NCBI GenBank assembly: GCA_019057475.1
Contig: DXJO01000054.1
Span: 1 to 46,565, forward strand
DNA from: Candidatus Thorarchaeota archaeon
GTDB lineage: Archaea > Asgardarchaeota > Thorarchaeia > Thorarchaeales > Thorarchaeaceae
Reading direction: 5' to 3'
Length of the DNA stretch: 46,565 nt
The notes beneath the pieces were generated by a model that saw only the letters and a program-made list of their open reading frames with translations, searched no databases and was not told where the DNA came from. This document shows positions 27,723 to 38,400 of this stretch, piece after piece. Within the stretch, counting starts at the first letter, position 1. Every line of letters begins with the position of its first letter. Position numbers and translations under genes: made by a program.

Positions 27723-28166
27723 TTATTCGCCCTTTAGTGCCTTCTTTTCCTTGACCTCTATCTTGGCCCAGGCTTCGAGTCCGTCAGCACCCTGCAGTGC
27801 GCCGACCTCTACATCCCAATTGTTGGCTTCAATGAGAGCAATCCAGCCTTTTCCGTATGGATCATCATTGAGCAGCCCAGGATTGGCCTTAAGGTCTTCA
27901 TTCGTTTCAATAATCGTGCCCGTTACAGGGCTCTTGACTGCCCCGGTCCACTTGCCGCTTTCTAGAGTACCAACGCTGCGGCCAGCCTTGACCTCCTTGC
28001 CTGGAGGTCTCAGGCGAATGAATTTGACCTTTCCTGCAGCATAAGAGCCGAGGGAAGTCATTCCAAGACGTACCTTTCCATTCTCCTTCTTAATCCAGAG
28101 TTGGTCGGTTCCACCTCCAAGGTAGAAAAGATCTTCTGGAAAATCAAAGCCATCGACTGTAACCAT
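27723..28166 (-). CDS. gcvH: Glycine cleavage H / lipoate-binding protein
   Basis: PEDLFY, VRLGMT, lipoyl-Lys motif TLESGKW, SPVTG, NDDPYGKGWI. GGTGA SD. Confidence 0.88.
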   Translation of the reverse strand: MVTVDGFDFPEDLFYLGGGTDQLWIKKENGKVRLGMTSLGSYAAGKVKFIRLRPPGKEVKAGRSVGTLESGKWTGAVKSPVTGTIIETNEDLKANPGLLNDDPYGKGWIALIEANNWDVEVGALQGADGLEAWAKIEVKEKKALKGE

Positions 28167-28185
28167 GTCTTAGTCACCAAGCTGA

Positions 28186-28225
28186 TGTCGGTCCGGTCCT
28201 CACTTAAGAGAATTTCGGACCGACA
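28186..28225. promoter_or_regulatory. Perfect 10-bp inverted repeat flanking the gcvH TATA-like box
   Basis: TGTCGGTCCG-N20-CGGACCGACA. The spacer holds GAAA…CTTAAG on the minus strand. Confidence 0.6.
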
Positions 28226-28248
28226 CCGTCTAGGTCCTTTGCTTGGAA

Positions 28249-28452
28249 CTAATCCTCCGAAGACTCGCCATTGATTACTTTTCGGAGCTGCTCGGCATCA
28301 TCGACTTCAACTTCGACGTACACAGGGCCGGAGTACTTGCAGTCGTCACAGTAGTAAGTATCCGGTACGAGCCAGCCGCTGACTGCGCTCTTGGCCGTGT
28401 GAATTCGCTGACTACCACACCTAGGGCATACTCGTATCTTCTTGCTCGTCAT
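28249..28452 (-). CDS. Small Zn-ribbon protein (67 aa)
   Basis: MTSKKIRVCPRCGS…YYCDDCKYSGP has two CxxC knuckles. Start moved to the ATG at 28452. Confidence 0.8.
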   Translation of the reverse strand: MTSKKIRVCPRCGSQRIHTAKSAVSGWLVPDTYYCDDCKYSGPVYVEVEVDDAEQLRKVINGESSED

Positions 28453-28584
28453 GACGTTTCTCCCGGCGGAACAGGTCGGGATGAGCAACGGCGTTCCGAC
28501 TATTAAATCACCTGCCGGAAGTAGGAGATGGCGCGATTTAATTCGGGGGGTCATTATTACTATTGGTACTGACATATCTCTGAG

Positions 28585-29355
28585 ATGAAAGGGACAGAAT
28601 CTAGTTTCAGATTGGGATTCTCCACTGCAGACCAAGTCAAACGCAGCGTCATACCCACAGGAATTGTTGCCCTTGACAAATTACTAGGAGGGGGATTAGA
28701 AACCAGCCTGATGTATCTGTTCTATGGAGACCGCTGCCTCAATGACGACCTACTTCGGATTGCTGTTCAAATGCAACTTCCTGCGGAACGCAAGGGAATG
28801 AATAGCCCGACCATAATCATTGACAGTGCCAACATAATCAAGATAGACAAGCTCACTGACTATTCCTTTGAGTTTGAACTTGAGCCCGAGGAAGTCATGG
28901 AACGAATCTACATCTCGCGCGCATTCAATTCGAGTCAGACGTACGCTCTCGTGATGGAGCAACTGCCATCGTTTTTTGAGCGAGTGCCCGCGCGGTTGTT
29001 GATTATTGCAGGCCTGCCGGACCTGTACATCTCCGAGAGGATGATGACTGGAGAGGGCCTCCAACAGCTCACCCACATGGCGACCAAGTTGATGACTCTC
29101 ACATTGAATAGGGAAATAGTCACTCTGGTTTCTGCACCGTCATCTCAGAAGAACCGCGAACTACCAGCAGGGGGAAAGGCCCTCTCAAGCTGCGCGCAGG
29201 TACACATTCACGTCTCCGAGTCAGAGTCCCACATCAAGTATACCCTGGCAAAGCATCCACAGTATCCTATCAGGCGAACCTCACGAGTCAAGCCTTCGGA
29301 CTTCGGAACGACATTGCCGCTCTCACACTTCCTAGATGGATCTGACGGAGAATAG
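28585..29355 (+). CDS. RadA/Rad51-paralog-like protein lacking an intact Walker A and the N-terminal HhH domain
   Basis: IPTGIVALDKLLGGGLET, IAVQMQLP, IYISRAFNSSQ, GGKALS. The P-loop position reads YGDRCLND. Confidence 0.8.
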   Translation: MKGTESSFRLGFSTADQVKRSVIPTGIVALDKLLGGGLETSLMYLFYGDRCLNDDLLRIAVQMQLPAERKGMNSPTIIIDSANIIKIDKLTDYSFEFELEPEEVMERIYISRAFNSSQTYALVMEQLPSFFERVPARLLIIAGLPDLYISERMMTGEGLQQLTHMATKLMTLTLNREIVTLVSAPSSQKNRELPAGGKALSSCAQVHIHVSESESHIKYTLAKHPQYPIRRTSRVKPSDFGTTLPLSHFLDGSDGE

Positions 29356-29388
29356 AAGTGAGAGGGAATTCGGAGCCTTCTACTCTTC
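29347..29388. terminator. Hairpin between convergent genes (possible bidirectional terminator)
   Basis: GAATAGAAG…CTTCTACTC imperfect inverted repeat spanning the stop codons of the RadA-like gene and the relic. Confidence 0.4.
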
Positions 29389-29448
29389 ACCCAATCCAAA
29401 GCTCTTGAGAAGCTCATCAACGAAACCTCACGGTAGCTCCCTTGCCTG
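29380..29448 (-). pseudogene. 3'-terminal relic of a third giant-membrane-protein paralog
   Basis: Translates QARELP*GFVDELLKSFGLGEE*, against QAKSLPRDLVEELVKSLGGEEE* in the intact paralog. Confidence 0.75.
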
Positions 29449-29468
29449 GAAAAGGAACAGTGAAGCCC

Positions 29469-32400
29469 CTATTCCTCTTGGCCGCCGAGGCTCCTAATCA
29501 GATCCTCAACAAGGTCTCGTGGAAGGCTTTTGGCCTGCTCTAGTATGGTGTCAATCTCGTGGGGCGGTACGCCACGTTGCTCGAGGTCCTTCTTCAGTTC
29601 CTTGATCTCATAGTCGCTGAGTCGTTCAGATGATGGGGCGGCTTCCACTTTGGCTTCTCGCTTAATGGTGGTGACAACATCCTCAGCTTCCGCATCCTCA
29701 GGTGGTAGTATCACGGTTTCGGACGGCAATACCGTGGGCTCGGCACTTGGCGCCTTGAGCACTTCCACTCCACGAATTTTGTGCTGGGCCTCCTCTGCCA
29801 CCAGTTCTTTAACCTCGTCGACGGACTTGCCCTCACGCCGCGCCACTCGAATCGCCTCCTGATGGATGACCTCCTTGATGAAGGCTGCCTGCTCACTGTC
29901 TAGCATCTTTGAGATATCTGCCTTGAAATCATCAAGCTCCTGTGTGTTCAAGTGTGTGAGTATTGAGAGCTGAACCAGCAGTTCTCCAAGCTCTGGAATA
30001 TCTACTATAATCGCGACTTCAGGCATCTGTGATGCTTGTCGAGTCATTTCCAATTCGATGAATGTATCATTGAAGAGTTCTGCAACAAGTTCCTGTCGAC
30101 TCCGGACATCCTTCACAGGTTTGGGCATCTTGCCTTTCCGTAGTGCCTTGATTTGACCGTTTATCTTGCGAAGCTGCTTTGGCATCTTCAAAACCTTGAC
30201 ATACAGAATAACGCCCATGATCAGTACGGCGGCAAAAGGCAACACATAGGTTACAGTCGTTGCCACCAGTAGATCGTTGTCATTTGGATTGACTTCATAT
30301 GATATAGCGATTGTAACCCGCGACTCGTAGTTCTCCTTGAACATCGTGATAATGAAGAACCCACCAGTTTCGTCAATCTCCTTGCCAAAGATGGTAACAA
30401 CATAGCGACCGTCTATAGTGGGATGTGACTTAATGTCAATGGAGATGGCTGCTGTGTCATTTCGGTTGTAGTCCCAGGAGGCCCCCATGACACCTGACGA
30501 GCCGTGTGTTTCCCAAGCATCAGTGAAGAGAAGGTCGAAGGTCACATAACCCTGGTTCACAACCTGAATCGCTCGGATATCGTCAACCATTTCGAGTTGA
30601 GTGGGAATATCGACGATCCTTATCCGAATAATGATGCTTGATTCCGTTCGGTTGCCATAGGATAAGGTGATGGCAAAGATGTATGGATCATCACTCACAT
30701 CGTACATACTTGTATCGAAGCTGAATGTGTAGTTGCCTTCAAGGAGGGCCACGAGCGAGATGTTACGGGGTTCCAGAAACTTCGCGTGAGTGAATTTCGC
30801 GTTCTCAATAGTGGCACCACTGATACCACCAACATACGGTGTGTCGTTTGTTGTGACTCCTGCCGTGCTGTAGAAAAGAGTAATTCCGATAGTGTCAGAC
30901 CAGGGCACTTGGAGGTTTATTGTGCTGCCTTCAATCTGGTTGACTGAAGGTGCAAAGATGTCAATCTCGGTTTCGATGGCGGTAATCCTCAGATTGAAGG
31001 TCCCGGATCGGGGTGCGAAATTATCCTTGTCAAAGGAGATTGTTATTGGATAATACTCTCTGCTTGGGGTCATTAGTGTGGTGTTGATGAATATGCTGTA
31101 GTCTCCGTTGCCGACATATTTGGCCATATCTGTTCCGCCAGCCCACGAATAGGTGGCCGCCATGTCGATTCCGTAGCTCTCATTGTCCACACCAGTGTCG
31201 TGGTACAAATCCCATAGAGTAAAGTTGAACCAGCCGCTCCACCCCCATATCTTGTCAACGGTAAGCGGGTTGTCGAGACTAGTGGGAATATCAAGTATTC
31301 TTAGGAGTGTCGTGTTGCTTGATCTTTGATACTCTAGGTTTCTCGGTGTAGCAGTGATTGTGAAACTGTGGACAGTTGCATCATACTTGGTTGTGTTGAA
31401 GTAGAAGTAGAAGTGTCCGAGGAGTGGGAATGATGAGTTCTCTTCGAAAGTCCCTTCCTCAGTCCCGAGCCGCCAGGTGACCGTGGAGTTCCACTGGTGG
31501 TAATCGTCAGTGCCATTTAAGTCGGGTGCAATCACGTACACGCCGACCTTAATGATCTGTGACCAGTTGAAGAACGTATCCACGTAGGATTCAGAACGTT
31601 CGTCGAATATGACTTGAGTTTCCGTGGCTATGATGGCAATAGTGAACGAGATAGACCCAGCCTGGTGATTCTGTTTCAGCGCTGTGACCGTTACAATATA
31701 CGACTCTGCGGCTTCAGTTAAGTCAGTGTCCAATGTGTACTGGTAGATGCCTCCACCCAAATCAGTGAGGGTCGCATTCTCGGGGTTTACGAATGACCAA
31801 AAGGCGTAGACTGTGGCACCTTCCACCGGAATGCCATTCACGGAATCTATGATTGAAACGTTCAGATTGGCCGCTTCCCCTCTCGGGAGAGAGAAAACGA
31901 AGATGCCACCGATTGGAGTCACAGCCATCGGAACAGGCAAAATACTGAGAGTGACCTGGGTCGATACTGTGATGTAGTTCGGCTTCTGAGCAGTTATGAA
32001 CACAACTACTGTTGTCGCATTGACATACGAGGTATCAAGAGTGACTGTGTAGTATCCGTCGGTGCCAGTCGGTAACAAATTCCCGGGCGAGCCTGCCCAA
32101 GTGTAGCTCACCACTGCGTCTGTGAGGGGCAAATTGCGAAGCGTGTCATTATAGAAAATCTCCACTGTTGTACTGTTGCCCCAGTAGAGCTCGATTGCAG
32201 CTTCCGTGGGTACAATGTCAGTAGTTATTGCCTTGAGGATAAGATCCAAACTGAGGGGGGTGACGTCGTAGTTAAGCACTGCGGCTTCTATGAGGAGCTG
32301 CTCAACACCGTAGTTGAGAACTAGTGTGCTAAGATCAATCCTGTAGCTTCCATTCAACAGATCTGTAATGCCGAAGCTGTCAGGCCATGTAATGTTTAAT

Positions 32401-35400
32401 GCTGCACCAGGTAGTGAAGCATCCCCGGCGTCGATATCCACCAAGGTCACCATCACAACGGCCGAGTCGCCTGCATAGATTGCTGGAGGGACGGTTGCGT
32501 CAAGGAGTCCGTATCTGTTCCTTAACTGGAATGATACTTGGATCTGCAGGGACTGGTAGGGATAGAAATCTATCTCGATTATGAGAGTTTTAATCCCCTT
32601 CTCACCCGCATCATGAGTATCCATTGTGACGTTGTACACGCCTGCGCCTACAGATTCCCAGACCCAAATCGATGGAATCGACCCGTTCTTGTATCTGACG
32701 GAGATGTTTGCTCCAGCACCGTTGATTGGAGATGCATGGTCGAGATCAATAAACGTGATGACAATCGAAACATTATCGTTGTATGGTACCGTCGCAGGTG
32801 TCGGCGGAGCATTGGTGAGTGAAATCTGGATAAGTCGGACTCCGCCAATCATCTTCAAGCCAGTGATATCCTGATAGTAAGGAGACTGAGAAGGATTCCA
32901 AGTAACGTCCAGAATGAAATTGAAGGCACTTATTCCTCCTTGGAATTCGGTATCAAGTACTGCCGTATCAACGAGGATTGTGTAGTTCCCAGCATCAGCA
33001 CCAGTTCCAGCAAATACCCAATAATCTACATCCTTGATGAGTCCTGGCACCTCCACACAGTCAAACTGAATTTCCGCATTTCCTATCCCTACGCCTGTTG
33101 CCTCATCCACAAAGTCAAAGCTAAGAGTCATGTTATCATTCATGGGTGTGACAAGTACTTGCCCCAGACTGACAGAACCTATCCGATTTGCGGTGGTCAC
33201 CTTGATGGAAGTCTGGTCGTCGGAGTAGTACGGGGGTAATGAGTCGTTCCAATCTACGAACACCGTAACGTTATGATCATCAACCAAGCCGGAGCTCAGG
33301 AATGTGGAGTTTATGCTTATCACATAGAGGTTCCCACCCTGATCAATGAATGAGTACAAACTGGGCGCCAAGACCTGCGTATCGTTATAGATGACGATAT
33401 CGGCCTTGGTAATTGCAACTCTCCATTCTGTACCCACATCAATAAATGAGAACGTGAATGTCACGTTGTCTAGAAACCTCGTCTGCGAAGGAGGCACCTC
33501 TATCTCTACATTCGTTTCCCTGCGAACAACCCTTAGACTAAGACTCATTGTGGCGTTGTTGTGGTATGGCGTACCCAACGTCCAGTTGGCTTTCACCACG
33601 ATCTGCGTAATGGCAATTCCATCAAGGGCTGTTGTTTCAACTGTGATTAGATACGAGCCGGAGCCCACCTCGGAAACTTGGTAATCAACCCCAAACGTTA
33701 GGGGAGAACCGCCCTTGTACACAGTGAGATTACCATTCTCAATGCCATTCAAAGAATCTAGATCCTCATAGAAGAGTGTGAAACTTATGCTCTCATTATA
33801 CGGTGTAGACTGAGGAAGCTCACCTGTAACGTAGATAGTGGATGCTCTGTGGCGTAGCTCAAATGGAATGAAGACTTGGTTAGGTCTATAGAATGGCTTT
33901 TCATCAGCGTAGCTCATGTTTATCCAGAGCACGTAATTTCTGTTGACCTCAAGCACTGGGTAACTTTGCAGCGTAAGGAGATAGTACCCCTGAGAAGGTA
34001 TCCACTCACACGAGAAGATCCAGTCCGTTCCATTGAGTATGTCGAGAGACGCGTAACCACTGCCATTGCCTATGTTGGCGAATGTAATCAGGTCCTGGTA
34101 GTACACTATCACCTCAAATGAGAGGTTGTACGCAACTCGATAAACAGGCACAGAAGAGAGAATGGTTGCTCGTGGTCTAACATCGAAAGACCGTGTAGCA
34201 GTTACATTTGGCATGTAGAAGCGGGTAGTTGTAAGAGTCACATTCAAACTGTAAAGGCCTGGATTCTCATAGTGGGTAGTATTGAAATCAATCTCGTATT
34301 CGCCACCACCAAGCTCCGTGATTGTATAGTAGATGGCGGGGATTGATGTGAAGCCGTCGTAGAGCGCAACGTCTGCGCCAGTTACGCCCGTGGCGGCAGC
34401 CCCCGTGACATCGGTCCAAATGACTGAGAATGTGACATTGTCGCGGTACTGAGTGGGAGCCAGTGAGTACTCCAAGACTGTCTGCCTTTGGATTACAGTG
34501 ATGAATATCACACGCCCAGTTCTGTTTGCATAAAAGGGTACTCCCACCCAAGTTACATCCAATGTGAAAGACTTCTGTCCGAGAGGAGCATCGAATTGGC
34601 TTGTATTGAAGGATACTGTGAATATCCGGTATAGTGGATCATAAGTCATAGACATATTCGCAAGGTTCAGACTCACTATCATGGAGGAGCTGTTTTCGAT
34701 TGGCTCATTTCCTCCGCCCGTCACGTCATCGAAGGTGAAGGATAATGTCGCATTCTCACCATAGGATGTCGGAGTTGGCGGTATGATTGACACAAGCGTG
34801 TTTCTTGCCAGAACTCCAACGGAGATGACGTCGGAGCGGTTGGTGTAGAACGGAGTCACGCCCTCAGTCCAGTTGATGAAAACGTTCATGTAGAAGCGGT
34901 CAATCTTTCCGAAGATTGTGTTGTTAAACCCAATGGAGTAGTTCCCAGGTTGACCCGACTGATCTATCTCTTTGATGTCCACTTCAGACAGGTCGACAGA
35001 CACACCTTGGAAGCTGACGTAGATATGCACATCCCCGGTGGAGTTGTCGATGCCAATACCGGCCAAATCGCTGTAGAAGAACGTGTAGTTCATGACCTCG
35101 GAGTATGGCGTTGGCTCGGATGCGAGCATGAGAGTGAGCCTGGAGTCCACACCAACTATGTTGACTGTGGCAGTGAGCCACTTAGATTGATACTTATCAC
35201 CAATGCCAGTCCAGCTGAATGTCACATTGAGGGTCTGCAGGCCCAAGCCGAGTTGATTCGCATTGATTTGTACGATATAGTATCCTTTGCCTTGCGGACC
35301 ATCTTCTAGACTTGAGATAACCAGACCTGATGTGTTCTCAACCGTGTGGGTAATACTGCTCTTGGGGTCAATCCCCACGTTGTTGTCTAGGTCACCATAA

Positions 35401-38400
35401 TAGACAGAGATGTTAATGACTCCGTTGTAGCTGGTGGGCGCCACTGCACTGACGAGTCTGAAATCGGTGTTGTGACGCCGAATAGTCACAGTGATGTTGA
35501 AGATACCAAGCTGATAGTTCTCGCCCTTCGAGAAGTTGAAGGTGACAATGCGATTTTGCTCCAATGTATCAGTATCAGTAGTGTTGAAGATAATCCTATA
35601 CCTCTGTTCCCCCTGGATCCACTTAACGGTTGGCAGGTGCGGCCAGTTGAGGAGTTCGACTGTCGCGTCTGCGATTGGTACATCGTTATCCGTATCCCAG
35701 TACGTGACATAGAAGACGGGGTCATTTCCAACAGGAATGCCCAGTGCGCCCACAGTGGGGAGGGCATAGGCGTATGCATACCTAACTGTTAGAGTGAAGG
35801 TCAGAGTCTTGCTCTCATACTGGGGAGCAGAAGCTGTCAGATTGAACTCGTAATTACCCTTTGCTCGACCGCTGAGATCAAGCGTCACTTCGTACATACC
35901 GTTGCCAAGGTTGGTGATATCATAGATTGGGATTCCAGTAGAGGTGATTGTGGCAGTTGTGATGCCCTGCAATCGATCCACGTCAGTGTAGTTCAGAGAG
36001 ATAATCACGTCCGTTTCGTATGGCGTTGTCACCTGTGGATAACTCGGTGATGAGAGGTAACTCCGCGCAGCACGATAGATGAATGATATGACAAGCGTGT
36101 CCAGTGTATGGTTCGCGCTGTTCGGATCAACTGTGACCGTTATCGTGTAGTCATCATCTGTCAGATGAGAATGGTCGATTGTGAGGCGATATCGTCCATT
36201 GCCAAGGGCGGCGATTGCTATCGGGAATGTGTATGTGGCATTCCTTGCAGAGAACTCACCCACTGCGAGTCCGAGGATGGGATTGCCATCATTTGAGTTT
36301 CCTGGTTCGCTCACATTCACTCGAAGGATAATTACGAAGTCGTCACCTGATGGGAATATCAGGTCTGTGGGCTCATGATGCAGGTAAGTTGCAAGACTAC
36401 GGATGGTGACATCGAAATCGTAAAGGGCAGGCGCTGCATAGTCTGACCCGGACATCACAACCGTAATGGTGACTGCAGTGGTTCCTACATCCCAATTGTC
36501 CGTGGTCAGTATCACGTCGTAGCTAGTAGCAGAGTCAGGCTGCTCCCCATAGGCAGATGAGAATGTGAATGAGGCAACATCGGTAATATCCACAAGGGTT
36601 CCGGTATCAAGATCAGTCAGAACAACTGTTAACGGTGTGTCGTTGCCATAGGGGCGGGTCAAGACACCCGTCACGCTGACTGACGTATAGTGCTCTCGGA
36701 TGTCAATGTTGAACGTGTATTGTGCTGGCGCATAATAGTCAGAGCTCGCCAAGGTGATAGACAGGTTTACCGCATAGGAGCCAATACTCCATGAACTTGT
36801 ACTCAGAGTCACGTCATAGTCCAAAGGCGAATTATCTGTCTGAGTGCCCTCACTGGATGTGAATATGAAAGATGCAACGTCACTGACTGTGACTTGTTCA
36901 CCAGTGTCTAGATCAATGAAGTTAACGGTCACTTGAGTGTCTTCACCAAATGGAACAATGAGATCTCCCGACACGGATGCTGTCGTGTAATGTGGTCTCA
37001 ACGTGAAGATGATGTCGACACTTGCCATCTGAACGTAATCGCTGGGTTTTGATGCGTTGAAAGTGTACAAATGGTTGCCCCTGTTCAGAGCCGCAGTTGG
37101 GATTGAAATGTTGTATTCTCCACCGCCTTCCCAGACAACGGTCACCGGAGATCCATCATCAAGCGTTATTGTAGCGCCTGTTATCGGAGAACCGGTGTAG
37201 ATGTTCGTGTAGACTAGAGTGGCAGTGAAATCGAATCCAACTGGAGTTGAGGATACTGAGTGGTAGGTGAGGACAGTAGGATGATACAAATCGAGATCGA
37301 AGAATGTGGAGGAATCGGCATAGTAGGGATGAGAGGATTGGATGTTGATTCGCCACCTCGTTGCCGTGCTCAAATCTGTAGTATTCACTTCCTTACCGTA
37401 TCGACCTCCTCCGAGATCATCTAACTGGAGTTGCGTAGGAACACCTGATACCGTCCAGTTCATAGTGATGGTAGCGCCTGTTACCCCGCCAGAGGTTTCA
37501 TCATCGGTAAGGTTGACTGCAATGAACAGCCCTTCTCCAATAACCCTGGTTGATACACCATCGCCGATAGCATCTCCAGGAGAATCAAAAGTAAGGCTTG
37601 AACCATGTTGAACGGTGAATTCGCGCTCGTATATGCCGACTCGGTAGTTGACCGAGCTTCCAGAGTCGTTGTAGAGAGCTCGTGCAGTCCAAAGTCCAGC
37701 GGCCGCAGATGAGTCCATGACCTTCTTGAAGGTATGGTCGGGCGAGGGCCTCTCAGACTCACTGCCGACATTGTAGAACGTACTGCTGAATCGTTGGTTT
37801 GAATATGCAGTAGGAATCCACCCGAGCTGATTCGTCCTGTCAACATTGGATATGCGTACTTCGTCGATGCTGCCATCAAACCAACCGCCATACATGGCCA
37901 TGGCGCCCAGCCAAGGCAACTGACTATCCGTTTCTCCACCACCGATTCCCCAGTGTGCAGAGTATGTAAGATTCGAATAGACTGCAGCACCTGTCGTAGT
38001 GATATTCATATCAGGTTGCCCGTTTATGTAGATTTGATTATTGGAGGGGTTGCTTGCATCCATAGTGCAAACGAAGTAGTACCATTGCCCCGCGGTCCAG
38101 CTGGTCGTCTGAGTCCATATGTACTTGGTATTATCGTTATTCTCGACCTTGAACACAAAAGAACCAGGTGCAACGGGATCTCTCGTGTAGTCGCTACCCA
38201 CAAGAACAATGTGCATATCATCATCAGGCGAGAAGAACTTCGCCATTATCACCTGCGATGTTGCTGAAGAGGCACCGAAATTATTGTCTAGCCTGAACCA
38301 TCCCGAGATTGTGACATCACCGGTCGGATCAAGACCTTTATCCAATGTGACATTGATCATGTCGTCGGTGCCATCAAACCTTTGACCGTAGGAAAAGAGG

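Noticed and set aside
29428-29430. In-frame TGA (also 2005-2007) as selenocysteine, or in-frame TAG (307-309, 4642-4644) as pyrrolysine readthrough
   Set aside because: The TGA codons replace non-Cys positions in fragments that lack starts or carry frameshifts. No SECIS-like element or pyl/sel gene was recognised. Decay is the simpler explanation.
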